64,000 nucleotides of DNA from Dromiciops gliroides (taxonomy: Eukaryota). The translations under genes and the position numbers were made by a program. A model generated the notes under the pieces. It saw only the letters and a program-made list of their open reading frames with translations. It made no database searches and was not told where the DNA came from. Shown here piece by piece: positions 1 through 11,545 of the stretch (its first letter is position 1; each line of letters begins with the position of its first letter). The stretch is from NCBI RefSeq assembly GCF_019393635.1, contig NC_057863.1:490520948-490584947 (forward strand), in the 5' to 3' direction.

Positions 1-1871
1 TTGTATGGGTGTGATACTTCAGATCCACATAGCTTTTTGAATGAAATATCTCTATATCTGGACTTTAAAAACACTATGAGGTTCTACCTTCCAAACTTCT
101 ATCGATGAGACCAACCCTCTCTTGGTCCCAGGCTCCTCAGATAGACATCCACCTTTTTTCCCCCTCTCTTTCCCCTGGCAATGTAAAGTTCTGTCAATTC
201 TACCTCCCCAATCTATCTTCCATCTGCCTTAAAAGAAGAGTAAGAAGAAATTATAATAAAATGGAAACCACGAATTTATTTTCTATTAAGTCTCTTACTA
301 AATGATGGTTCATTAAATAAGTTATATTCTTGAAGAGGGCCTAATATTTCTCTTTCTTTTAAAGCAGTATATAAATGTGGCCTACTATTATTACTCCAAC
401 AAATAGAGGGCTGACTGATGGGGCAATATGCAGTAGTGATAAGGTTGAGAATTATGAAGACCTAGGCTCAAGTATTCCCTCCAATATGTATTAGCTATGT
501 TACCACAGGCATGCTGCAACCTTTATGAGCCTGTTTCCACACTTATAAAGTAGGGGTGATAATAATAATCTACATCACTGGATTTTTCACCATACTTTGC
601 TAATCTCAAGGTTTTAGGCATTAGTGTGTAAGTAGGAACAGAAATATATAAATATTGAGCAAATTCCTGTATTTTCTGTAATACAGATCAATTTTATCAG
701 CAAATATTTATTGTCTATCTCCTATATCCAAAGTACTATATATATGCACAGAGAATATGAAGAGGTTCAAAACAGTTCACTAGAGCCAAGGCAATCAAGA
801 AAGAGAGCCACACAAAGCAGTGTATAATAGAATTAAATGAGTGTTTAGAAAACTCCCATAAGAATTGGAGGGATGGGGAGAGGAGAGATGATCACAACTG
901 GCTATGGGTATCCTATCATTTCAAACTAAAGATAAAGATTCTGTTCTTCCATTTAATAATAATTCATTCATACGGACTTTTGCTTTATACCTTCAACCCT
1001 CTGTACCTTCCTCAAAATGTTTACCAAGGCCCCAATCCATTCCAGCCTATAGGCAAGTACTCCTATCATCATCTTCCTATACTCAGTGCCATTCTTAACA
1101 TTCAGCCGAAGTCCTCATCCAGGCCCTAAATATTTCACATCTTAACTATACTAATCCCCAAACCCACCACCACCATTAGACTCCTCACCTGAATTCCTAT
1201 TTCCAATCTATTCCACTCAGCAAGTGAAAAGATCTTCAAGCTTTTTTAAAATATCACCTTTCCCACCCCATACCTGCCAAAGCTCCAGTGGCTTCTCACT
1301 CACTGCCTCTTTATCATTTCTGACTGCCTAAACCAATGCTCCCTTGCAGAAATCTCTCTCCTCAGCAGACCCCATTCCCATTTCACTGGCTCACGTGAAC
1401 CCTCGACAGTCAGTCAATTAGCATTTTATTAAGCTCCGATTATGCGCCGTGCACGGTGCTTAGGCCAGGGGATACAGAGCACCCCTCCCTCACTCCAGGC
1501 AAAGGGAATAATCCCAGTTCTCAAGGAGCTCAGTCGAATGCCCATGCCAGAAATGACCTCAGCCCTCTGCTGGACACTCACCTCTGTCTAGAGGCTAAGC
1601 ACACAGAGAAGAGGCCCATCGGCGCTATCCCAGCTCTGGCCACTCTAGCAATTTCCCCGTTTCCACGGCCCAAAGCCTAGACAGGGCTATGCCAACGTCA
1701 GCCCCTGCAAGGTGGGCTTCCTAGGACGACAGGGTGGGCAGAGATGGGCGTCGACAAGACACAGGAAGCTCCCAGCAGAGGCAGGGGGTGAAAGGAGGCC
1801 GGGCTGGCTAGACTCCCCCCGGCCTGAGCCGGGGGAGCGCCGTCCCCACCCCTGGGAGACCGGGCCCTGGC

Positions 1872-1885
1872 GGGGGGGGGGGGGG
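1872..1885. repeat. Homopolymer G14 (C14 on the gene strand) in MPHOSPH8 intron 1, inside the CpG island.
   Basis: Direct read: cggggggggggggggc at 1871-1886. Confidence 0.9.
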
Positions 1886-2073
1886 CAGGGAGGAGGGTCG
1901 AGGCCCAGCAGCTGCTATTCCCACCCCCGGGGCAGCCCAAGGGTTTGGGAGCAAGGGCCAGCTCCTTTCCCGGGCCCTTCAAGGGGAGAGAACTCGGCCT
2001 GACCCACCGCCTCTGAGGAGGAGGGCGGGCCCGCGGTGTGGGTCCCGCAGACTCCGGGGTCTCCCTTACTCAC

Positions 2074-2295
2074 CGCCTCGGTCTTCACGTCCAGGATCTT
2101 CTCCACCTCGAACACATCCTCTTCGTCTTCCTCGCTCTCCCCCACGGCCTCGGCCGCCCGCATGACATCCTCCTTTTCCAGGCCTCCCGCTTCTTCCCCT
2201 ACTCCCCCCGACGCATCCTCGCTACAGCTATCCGAACCCGAAGCCACGGCCGCGGCACTGACAGCGCCCCCGCCCGCGCCAGTCGCCGCCGCCAT
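2074..2295 (-). CDS. MPHOSPH8: MPHOSPH8 (M-phase phosphoprotein 8, MPP8) first coding exon. Encodes MAAATGAGGGAV…AEAVGESEEDEEDVFEVEKILDVKTE(A), the N-terminus and start of the chromodomain.
   Basis: The minus-strand ATG at 2293-2295 has a good Kozak context (ATCATGG) and an in-frame TGA 15 nt upstream. The translation matches human MPP8 (…AEAFGDSEEDGEDVFEVEKILDMKTEG…). The exon ends at a consensus donor GCG|GTGAGT (plus-strand actcac at 2068-2073). The rest of the gene lies below coordinate 1, outside the window. Confidence 0.8.
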
Positions 2296-2520
2296 GATGT
2301 AGGAATTTCAAACCAACAGAGGAAAAGTGGCTGCGACACACGCCTCTCCGGGGTATCTCGCGGGGCAGCGGCCGTCACCAATTGGCTTTGACGGCCGAGC
2401 CACGCCATAGCGACCGGGCACCAATGGGAGCGACTCTGCCGCTCAGGAGGAGGCGATTCGCCGGAGCCAATCATCGTGCACGCTGATGGAAACGGGGGCG
2501 GGTCTGACTGCGAAACTCCG
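2296..2520 (-). promoter_or_regulatory. MPHOSPH8: Putative MPHOSPH8 core promoter and 5' UTR region. TATA-less CpG promoter with CCAAT boxes.
   Basis: Region immediately 5' of the start codon on the gene strand. Three CCAAT/ATTGG motifs lie within 200 bp and it is embedded in the CpG island. The TSS cannot be placed exactly from sequence. Confidence 0.45.
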
Positions 2521-2600
2521 GAGAGGAAGGCGGAGTCACGGGACCACATGGGGAAAGCGGGAGGGGTTGATGGCCGACTGGGCGGAGGAGAGACGAAGAG

Positions 2601-2662
2601 AAGAGGAGGAGGAGGAGGAGGAGGAGGAGGAGGAGGAGGAGGAGGGGGGGGGAGGGGAGGAC
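2601..2662. repeat. (GGA)n microsatellite of about 14 units followed by a G9 run, just distal to the MPHOSPH8 promoter.
   Basis: Direct read: gaggaggaggagg…ggaggggggggg at 2601-2662. Confidence 0.9.
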
Positions 2663-3699
2663 AGTGGGGCTAAACAGCAGGAGAGAGGAAACCGAGCCTG
2701 GAGCTCTTTTAAGAGGAAAGGTGGAGGGAGAGGAAGAAGTGAGGCTTTCTCTAGGAAAGAGGCTAGGGCTCCAGTGGGAATTTTTCAATGAAAGGGGGTG
2801 AGCCGAAGATGGGTCGTTTTGGGGGTAAAAGAGAGGAGCTCAGTGGGTGGGTATTAGAATGTGTCTTGAAGGTTGATAGGCCCTGCTTAGGACCCTGGGA
2901 AGCGAGAGGAGGCGGAGCTGACAGGAGGGGCGGGGCTGCTGCGTTGTCGTCACAGCTGGGAGGGGCTGGAGGGGAGGTCTTGCTCAGGGTTATGGGGCGG
3001 GGCTAACTCTTCACCAGTCTTAGAAGGCCGTTAGGATAAAGGGGTGTGGTGGACAGTTCGGGGGTGTGGCCTCCTTAGCTAGGGCCACCGAGATCACGTC
3101 CCTTTTTCCCGGCCTGCCTTCTGGATGGCCACTTCCTCCCAACCCCCACTCTTGTCTTCACTCCCAGGAGTTGCAGTCTTCTACCTATGTTAGCGCTTCT
3201 CTGTGGTTCACCCAGGATATTTAAAATATTTCATCATCCTTTCTAATTGAGGTCATCCTTCTTAGGCACTTTAAGTTTTGTCCACTTCAAACTCTTTAGT
3301 CCCTTGATCCCAACACCCTTCCCTAAATTCTTAAAGCAGCAAGGTGACCCGAAAAGCACGACCCCCTTGACTATTGCAGAGAATATAACCAGGGCCAAAA
3401 GTAGAACCTGTCAACGAGATCAGGAATAGCTTTGGGTGAATCATTACAGTTGATATTCATTTCCCACAAGTGAAAAAAATTACTAAGATAAATCATGTAA
3501 ATGATGATATTGTCCAGTGGTCATCAATAGTGGGGGAAAGGTGGTTGGGAAGTTGTTGGTTTTTTTCCTTATTTCACTTGGCTAAGCCTTTTAAAAATGG
3601 TAGCAGTATTTTAATTGAGAATAGGCAGAGTGATAGGGGCTAGAAGATTAGATTCAACAAGTATTTATTGTGTACCTAGGAAGTATCAGTAGTGTGTTG

Positions 3700-4260
3700 C
3701 CATTAATGGCCCAGCTCAAATAACTTAAGTGCAGTCAGTCAATAAATATTTTATTAAATGCCTGTTATGTTGCCAGTCACTATGGGCTATGCTCTGGGAA
3801 TACAAGGAAAGCAAGAGTCCTTGCTCTTAAGGAGCTTACAGTCTAATGGGAGAAAGAACATGAAAACTACATACAAACAAGATGTATGTATGTAGAATAC
3901 ACTGGCATAATAGAGGGAAACTATTAGGAAGCATTAGGAAAGGCTTTAGAGAAATTATTAAGGCCTTACTAAGATGGCCAGCACTGTGCTAAGTTTGGGA
4001 AATACAAATAGAGGCAAAAAGAATCCGATGAAACTACTGATCTAATAAAGTTGAAGTGAAGAAATACTGGGTGCTAGATCACTGAGGAGGGTGCAAGGCA
4101 TCTGAAGCATAGTTCCAATGCTTAAATAACTTAGAATATTAGATTTAGAGCTGGAAGTTACCTTAGAAGTCATCTATTTCAAGCTTCTCCTTGGCAAGAT
4201 GAGGAAACAGGTGAAGGGAGTTAAGGGATTCCTACCAGTGCAACACTGATTAACCTTTAT
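3700..4260 (+). repeat. Copy of an unclassified long interspersed repeat family. Its 5' motif is CAGTCAGTCAATAAA[CT]ATTTATTAAAT… and it recurs at 28975-31900, 34300-34900, 45540-46950 and 48134-48426.
   Basis: Shared sequence blocks with the other copies in the window (cagtcagtcaataaa…ctcttaaggagcttacagtctaatgg…). Confidence 0.5.
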
Positions 4261-4833
4261 CCTGGCCCCACTGCCTGAAAGACAAAGTATGTTTCATCTC
4301 ACCCCTACTGCAGGGTTTTCTGGTATCCTTAAAAGGATTTTTGGATTAACTAGGGTCTCTGCAAATGGCTGGAAGGGTGACAAGAATAGACATCTTTAGC
4401 ATCTTCTCTCTTTACCTTTTTGCAAGGATTTGCTTGATTCCTGCCAAGAAGGAAAAGCAGTAGGCCAGGACCAGAGGTTGGTCACTCTCCTCTCAGAGAG
4501 AGGGTATGTCTCAGCTTCCTTATTTTGGTTGATTTCATTAGCACTCATGAATTTAATTACCATCTCTATGCTTTTGATTCTCAAATCTACCTATTCTGCC
4601 CCAAACTCTGCTGACTTTCAATCTGCCATCTCCAACTGCCTTTCAGACATCTTAATATATCCAAAACACAAATCATTATCATTCTCCCTAAACCTTTCTC
4701 ACCTTCTTGTTGTTTAGTCATGTGTGATTCTTCATGCCCCCATTGAGGTTTTCTTGGCAAAGATACTGGAGTGGTTTGCCATTTCCTTTGTCATCATTTC
4801 TTCTTCCTCATTTTTTTTTAAAGCTGAGAACTG

Positions 4834-4985
4834 GGGGCAACTAGGTGGCGCAGTGGATAGAGCACCAGCCCTGGAGTCAGGAGGACCTGAGTTCAAATCT
4901 GGCCTTAGACACTTAACACTTACTAGCTGTGTGACCCTGGGCAAGTCACTTAACCCCAATTGCCTCACCAAAAACAAAAAAAAAA
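4834..4985 (+). mobile_element. Marsupial tRNA-derived SINE (SINE1/MAR1-type). Full-length with an A-rich tail.
   Basis: tRNA-like head GGGGGCAACTAGGTGGCGCAGTGGATAGAGCACCAGCCCTGGAGTCAGGAGGACCTGAGTTCAAATCTGGCC…, then a MIR-like core and A-tail. Confidence 0.85.
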
Positions 4986-5127
4986 TGAGGAAACTGAGGC
5001 AAACAGTTAAGTGACTTGCCCAGAATCACACAGCTAGTACGTGTACGAGGCCAGATTTGAACTCAGGAAGATAAGTCATCCTGACTCCCAGGACCTGGCA
5101 CTCTATCCACTTTGTTATCTAGCTGCC
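4986..5127 (-). mobile_element. Diverged SINE1/MIR-like copy in reverse orientation. It abuts the previous SINE tail-to-tail.
   Basis: Reverse complement of the SINE core (gaggaaactgaggcaaacagttaagtgacttgcccagaatcacacagctagta…ctatccac…ctagctgcc). Confidence 0.7.
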
Positions 5128-6835
5128 CTTCCCTAGTACTTGATAGGGCAACAGTATCCTCCCAGTCCCTTAGGCTCACAACCTAGGAATCATCCTGGAC
5201 TTCTCACTCTCTCTCATCCCCTGATATTTAAAGCTGTTTCCAAGACATGTTGATTTCACCTTTGCAATATCTCTTGAATATTCCCCCTTGTGTTCTCTGA
5301 TACTGCTACCCTTCTGGTGCAGGCCCTCACCACCTCAGGCCTGCATTAGCATGATAGCCTGCTGGAAGGTCAGCCTGCCTCCAGTCTCTCCCTACTCCCA
5401 TCCATCCTCTGTTCAGCCACCAAAGTGATTTTCTTAAAGAAGGTCTGATCATAGCACTCAACCTCTGTTCCCCTACCCCCCAATTCAATAAGCTCCAGTG
5501 GCTCCCTATTGCCTCCAAGATCAAATACAAAATGCTCTATTTGGCATTCAAAGCCCTTCACAGCCTATCCCCCCCTGACCTTTTAGTCTTCTTATAACTT
5601 ATTCCCTTGCCATGTTCTCTTTGATCTTGTGACACCACCCTCATTGCTGTTACATGAATCAGATATTCCATCTCTTGACTCCAGACATTTTCTCTGGCTG
5701 TCCCTTATGCTTAAACATTCTCCTCTCCTCTGCCTACTGACCTCCCTGATTTATCTTAAGTCCCAACTATAACTCCACCTTCTACAGAAAGCTTTCCCCA
5801 ATTCCTCTTAATTCTGATGTCTTCCGTCTCTTAATTTATTTATCCTGTATATAGGTTGATTTGTATATATTTGTTTGTTGTCTCTGCCATTGGATTGCAA
5901 GCTCCTCAAGGGTCAGGCACAGTGCCTAGCACATAGTTGGTGCATAATAAATGTTAATTGGTTGTTAACCTAGGAAAAGCAATTTTTAGATTCAAGCTAA
6001 GTTTCTAATTGCTATTCTTTAAGAAGAAAGGAGGGCATCCAAGCTATATATACAGGATTTTACTCCCTATCAAATGACAGTTCCACAGTGAACACACATA
6101 GCAAACAGCAAGCAAACCCATTTATCTATGCCAATAGCAAAACAGAATTCAGTGAAAGCATACATAGGAGAATATATACCTGACAATACAAAGAATGAAT
6201 GAGGTCTCCCTTTGGAATTGAGATAACTCAACCGAAAGAAAAACTCCCAGATCTCACCCAAGAGGAAAGTCCTTGAAGTCTCTAGTTCTACATGTCAGCT
6301 TCTTCCCAGAGTCTTTCCCTTTGTGGACTTGGAGAGATCGAAATGGTATTTCTTCTCTGTTGAAGCTGTAATCCAGAAAAGCCCAGATCTCTCTTCCCTC
6401 TAGCTCTAACCAACTCAGCTTAACCCTAACACAGGTGCAGGGCATTGGGTAATCAATCTCCTCAAATGAGGAGAGAATCCCATACAAATGGCCATTTGAA
6501 CCAAGGGACACAGGGTACACAGGGTATCACAAGGTACACAGGGATCACTGACTTTCTAACTCAAGAACTAGCTTGCTTTCCACTACTCCAAATCTCATTC
6601 TAGGAGGGAAGATCAAATGTATATGTAATCCACAGATCAAAAGCAATTTACATAAGATGTTTCTTATTGGTATCATTTGATTACTCAGTGCTCTAGGCCC
6701 AAGATAAGGAGGAGTGGAACAGGCAAGAGCTTGAGAGAGAAAAAGAGCTTGATTTTGTGGATTCTAGCTTCCAGATGGTTCCAAATTCTCTTCAAGTCCC
6801 TAAAAGAATATTAAGACTTTAAGAAAAAGCTGAGA

Positions 6836-6966
6836 AATAGCACTGGCCCTGGATTCAGGAGGACCTGAGTTCAAATCCGGTCTCAGACACTTGACACTTA
6901 CTAGCTGTGGGACCCTGGGCAAGTCACTTAACCATCATTGTCCTGCCAAAAAAAGAAAAGAAAAAG
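6836..6966 (+). mobile_element. SINE1/MAR1-type SINE, 5' truncated.
   Basis: agcactggccctggattcaggaggacctgagttcaaatccggtctcagacacttgacacttactagctgtgggaccctgggcaagtcacttaacc… with A-rich tail. Confidence 0.8.
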
Positions 6967-9016
6967 CTGACATGTAGAGAAACCAGCACCTCAATCCCTA
7001 TACCCAACTTGCTACAGTAGAGACTTAGGAGAATTTTCCTTGAATAAGATCTGGGATTCTTGGGCTGAAATATCTTGCTCCCAATAAAAGAACTTTGTAT
7101 ATTGTCTAGTATGTTTTAAGCTATGTAATTTCTCTGGTTTCTGTTTGCTATTGGTTTGGATATAGAAGTTGATTTGCCATTGGCTACATGTAGTCTTTGT
7201 AAAACTGCATTTGATGGGAAAAGGTGCCAATCTTTGGAAATATAGCTTGGGGTACTCCTTCCCTGTAGCAATCAGGAGCTCGGGCTGAACCTAAAAATGA
7301 TTTCCTCTACACTTATTTAGAGGGGGCAGATATAATTCCAACCTCATACTCTTTCTCTGAGGAGTGCAGAGCCGTCAGCCCTTGTATATAGAACATCCCT
7401 CTGAGAAGGGTGGGTGGAGGAGACCCTAGAGATAATCTTATGTTCATGCCTCTGTGTGAATTGCATATAGACAGACCCATGTGGATACATAAATCCTACA
7501 TGGGAAACACACACCACCCTCCCAAAAAAATAGAATAAATGTCCAAGGCACAGAAAGTCCTAGGACAGAGTCATTCCAGCTTGTTAGGAACTGCCAGATC
7601 TAGGAATCACTAGCATAGCTTTTGAGAACTCCATGTCCTTTGAGAACCTGGAGTCGGACTTTAATAGAAGTAGTACAGAATAAATACATGAAATATCACC
7701 CTTAGTTATAGAAAAATAACTTCCAGGAAGATAATAATAATAGATGTATAAAGTGCTTTAAGGTTTGCAAAGCATTTTACAAGTTATCTCATTTAAGATA
7801 CTAGTTTCTTGATATCCTTAAGATATCAAGAAATACTAAAAAGTAATAAAATTATGAGAAACTTTAAAAAAAGTTTTTAGGAAAAAGTGTTCAAAGAAAT
7901 GAACAAAATGGGCCCAATAGTGGGGAAAATATTGTTAATTAATAGAAGGGGAAGTAGTTAAAGTGAAGCAAAAATATAATCAACAGTAAGAGCAGAAATG
8001 AAGTTAGACCTCAAGACATAATAAAATGGATAATGGGCTATATTAGGGGGTATTGCTTCTGTCCACTTTCCTACTTGCCATCTCATAGATTCAAGACACC
8101 TAAACAAAGAAATACTGAAGAAGAGTCCTTGAATAAAAATTAACTTAATATTAGTTCACTGAACCTACCTCATACCTTTGTCAAGAAATTGTCTCACTAG
8201 AATTAAGAGTTAAATAAAATTTTGGAGCAGAGGCAACAGAAAGTGCCTTGCTTCTCTACCAGTCATTGCTTTAGATTGCCAGAAAATGAGGGAGATCGAC
8301 TATAGACATTCAAGTGATGAGACCTTTCCTATACAAAAAGGGAAAGTTGAAAAAGACATCTTTGTGAGGTTCTACCCCATCCCCCTATATAGCGTTGGAT
8401 GCAGATTTAGAGTTTTAAGTTGTATCTTGCTTTATGCTGCTTTCAGCTGTAAAGAAGATCCTCTATGATCTCATTTAAATATCTAATTTTTGTTTCTAGG
8501 TTCTCTCTTTCCTCTTCCCTAGCATTGAAACTAATTTGCCACGGAATTACTTTTAGAGAGATATCTACAACCAAAAGTAGGAATTAAAATGGGTAGGAGA
8601 ATATGACCAAGTCACTTTATTTCAAAAATCCTATAAACAAAGAAAGAGAACAGCTTTATGGGCACAATGAAGGAATTTAAGGAGAAAATGAAATTAACCA
8701 AAATATTATGACATGCAAAATTAAGAAGGAACTGAGTATACTGAAGAAATCTCATGTTAAATTGTTAATGAGATTCAACAGAAATGCCCATAAAAATATA
8801 AACATAACAATTACTTTAATGAAAACCAGAATTATTTCATAGCACCACAAAATTTCAGGGAGGTTTCTCAGTGGCTGTCTAGTTCAACTGATAGCTGAAA
8901 AACGAACAAAAGCTCTACAATCTATTTGACAAGTAAGTGGTCATCTAACATCTGCTCATTGTTCTTAAGTGAGAAAAAAACCATGATGTCCCAAGGCAAC
9001 CCATTACACTTTTAAT

Positions 9017-9162
9017 TTTTTTTTTTTTCAGGGCAATGGGGGTTAAGTGACCTGCCCAGGGTCACACAGCTAGTAAGTGTCAAGTGTCTGAGGCTGGATT
9101 TGAACTCAGGAACTCCTGAATCCAGGCCAGTGCTTTATCCACTGCGCCACCTAGCTGCCCCC
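9017..9162 (-). mobile_element. SINE1/MAR1-type SINE, reverse orientation, flanked by a 14-bp TSD (cccattacactttt).
   Basis: Poly-T then gcagggcaatgggggttaagtgacctgcccagggtcacacagctagtaagtg…ccactgcgccacctagctgccccc. Direct repeats on both flanks. Confidence 0.85.
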
Positions 9163-9499
9163 ATTACACTTTTGAATAATTTTGATAGGCTTCTTTTGTC
9201 TTCTGATATCAAACTTAGATTTGTCCTGTTTGAAACTTATGTCCCGTTATTTATGATTCTGAATCCTGGGACTAAGGATAAAGTCTAATGTTTCTTCCAC
9301 ATGACAAATCTTTAAATATTTAAGACAAAAATAATAATATTTATATGGTGCATACCATGTGCCAGGGACTGTGCTAAGAACTTTAAAAATATTACCTTAT
9401 TTAATCTTTACAACAATCCTGGGAGAGAGGTACAATTATTATCCACATTCCACAATTGAGGTCCCTCTGGTGGTGGTGGTGGCAGCAGCAGCTGTTGTT

Positions 9500-9790
9500 G
9501 GGGCAGCTAAGTGGTACAATAGATGGAGCACTGGCCCTGAAAGTTGGGAGGACCTGAGTTCAAATCTCACCTCAGACACTTACTAGATATGTGACCCTGG
9601 GAAAGTCACAACCCCAATTACCTTAAAAACATCCAGAGCCATCTCCAGTCATCTTGATATATATCTTGCCACTGGACCCAGATGGCTTTGGAGGAGAGGG
9701 TGAAGTTGTTGATTTTGCACAGCCCTCTCTCACTTAAATCCAAGTCACTGAAAGTCATGACATCACTCCAATGTCCTAGTCCTCTTGGAG
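9500..9790 (+). mobile_element. tRNA-derived SINE of a longer subfamily. SINE1 head plus an extended 3' domain shared with 18385-18680 and, inverted, 28270-28380.
   Basis: ggggcagctaagtggtacaatagatggagcactggccctgaaagttgggaggacctgagttcaaatctcacctcagacacttactag… then atccagagccatctccagtcatcttgatat…. Confidence 0.6.
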
Positions 9791-9809
9791 AACGAAGGAC
9801 AAACAACAA

Positions 9810-9946
9810 TTGAGGAAACTGAAGCAAATAGCTTAAATGACTTGCCCAGAGTCACACATCTAGTAAGTGTCTGAGGCTGGATTTGAATGCAGATCTTCTT
9901 GACTCCAAGCACAGCACTCTATCTACTGAACCATCTAGCTATCTCC
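9810..9946 (-). mobile_element. Diverged SINE/MIR-like copy, reverse orientation.
   Basis: gaggaaactgaagcaaatagcttaaatgacttgcccagagtcacacatctagtaagtgtctgaggctggatttgaa…ctagctatctcc. Confidence 0.65.
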
Positions 9947-10902
9947 AAGTTAAATTAATCCACAATTCCTTCAACTGATCCACATTTAACATGAATTCAA
10001 TCACCACTTTAATTGCCTTCCTTTAGATGGTCTCTAGCCCATCAATGTTCTATGGCACCCCGGAAAGCCAGAGCAAGAGAAGACAAAGAAGCTAATGGCT
10101 TCCCAGGTGACAGAGTAAACAAAGACTCGCCCATACTGCAAAGACAGTCATCTAGGTCCAGAGCAGCAAGAACAAAGGGCACCATCCAGAAAGCCCTTGA
10201 GCCCTCATATAGCCCCAGGATGGAGAGCTTGGAAGTGCTGGACAACAGCAGTGAGCAGTGCAATCCATGCTGAGATCACGACTTAAGACCATGGTTCTGA
10301 TGTCCCTAACACTCTGTCTAGAGATGTCAAAGAGGGCACTGAAGACCTGGCACTCTGAAGCTCAAAGATTAAAGAAGTCCAAAGCCTAAGAGGTAGAGAT
10401 AGTTCAAGAAATCAGGGGACCAAGGGGAAAACCAGACAGGGCCAACCACCCTACCCCAAAGCTGGTAGAAAAGCCTGGCCCTGGCACAAAGCCACAGTCC
10501 AGTAAATAAAGCTTGGGAAGGAGAGTAAATCAAAGAAAATATCAATTAATATGAAAAAAAGATCACAAATCTAAAGATTCTTCAAAAGAAGGAGCAAGTT
10601 TCTCCTTCAAGCAGAGGCTCAAAAGAAAAAATAGACTATTAACAAGGACTATATGAATACCTAGAAGAAATAAAACAGGAAATAAAAAAATTAAAAGCAT
10701 TTGAGGAAAGAATCAGAAAGAGAATAAATATCTTAGAAGAGAAAGTGGTAAGCCTTAGTCAAGTAGTAGACTCCCTGAAAACTAGGATAGACTAAACAGA
10801 AATTAATGAATCCATGAAATAACAAGAAACATTGGAACAAAAATCAAAAGATTAGAAAAAATGGAAGAAAACGTAAAATATCTGACATTTTTTAAAAAAG
10901 TG

Positions 10903-11545
10903 ACCTGTTCTTTTCCCCAAAGAGATCATAAAAAAGGGAAAAGGACCCACATGTTCAAAAATATTTATAGCTGCTCTTTTTGTGGTGGCAAGGAATTGGA
11001 AATTGAGGGAATGTCCATCAATTGGGGAATGGCTGAACAAGTTGTGGTATATGAATGTAATGGAATACTATTGTGCTGTAAGAAATGATGAGCAGGCAAG
11101 TTTCAGAGAAGCCTGGAAGGACTTAAATGAACTGATGCTGAGTGAGATGAGCAGAACCAGGAGAACATTGTACACAGTATCAACAACATTGTGTGTTGAT
11201 CAACTGTGATAGACTTGACTCGTCTCAGCAATGCAATGGTCCAAGATAGTTCCAAGGGATGGAAAGTGCTCTCCAAATCCAGAAAAAAAAAAGAATTGTG
11301 GCATCCAGATGCAGATTGAACCATACTATTTCTATTTTCTTTGTTGAGGTTTTTCCCTTTTGCTCTGATTCTTCTTTTACAGCATGACTAATGCAGAAAT
11401 ATGTTTAATGTGATCGTACATATATAACCTATATCAGATTGCTTGCTGTCTTTGGGATGGGGGAGAGAGGGAGTAAAATGTGAAACTAGAAATCTTATGA
11501 ATACAAATGTTGAAAACTAAAATAATAAAATACTTTTATGATTTA
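10903..11545 (+). mobile_element. L1 (LINE-1) 3'-terminal fragment. Covers the ORF2 C-terminus and 3' UTR, with a 13-bp TSD aaaaaagtgacct.
   Basis: Encodes …AALFVVAKNWKLRECPSIGEWLNKLWYMNVMEYYCAVRNDEQ…MLSEMSRTRRTLYTV…, the L1 ORF2 end. The 3' UTR matches the other L1 3' ends in the window (e.g. 53150-53860). Direct repeats at 10890-10902 and 11546-11558. Confidence 0.8.

Larger units (their letters stand above)
1690..3070. promoter_or_regulatory. CpG island spanning MPHOSPH8 exon 1 and its upstream promoter. GC-rich and CpG-dense, unlike the AT-rich rest of the window.
   Basis: Dense CpG content and high G+C between ~1690 and ~3070. It contains the exon-1 CDS and three CCAAT motifs (caccaattggc ~2379, caccaatggg ~2420, gagccaatcatcg ~2465). 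Confidence 0.6.

Noticed and set aside
1698-3006. Track ORFs in the GC-rich island: 1712..2002 +, 2038..2391 +, 1698..1982 -, 2199..2549 -, 2471..2788 -, 2486..2791 +, 2788..3006 +.
   Set aside because: These are long open frames produced by GC-rich, stop-poor sequence and the (GGA)n repeat, which translates as poly-E, poly-G or poly-L. Only the 1915..2295 minus frame has homology (MPP8). It is truncated at the GTGAGT donor at 2072-2073, so the part of that ORF below 2074 is intronic read-through.
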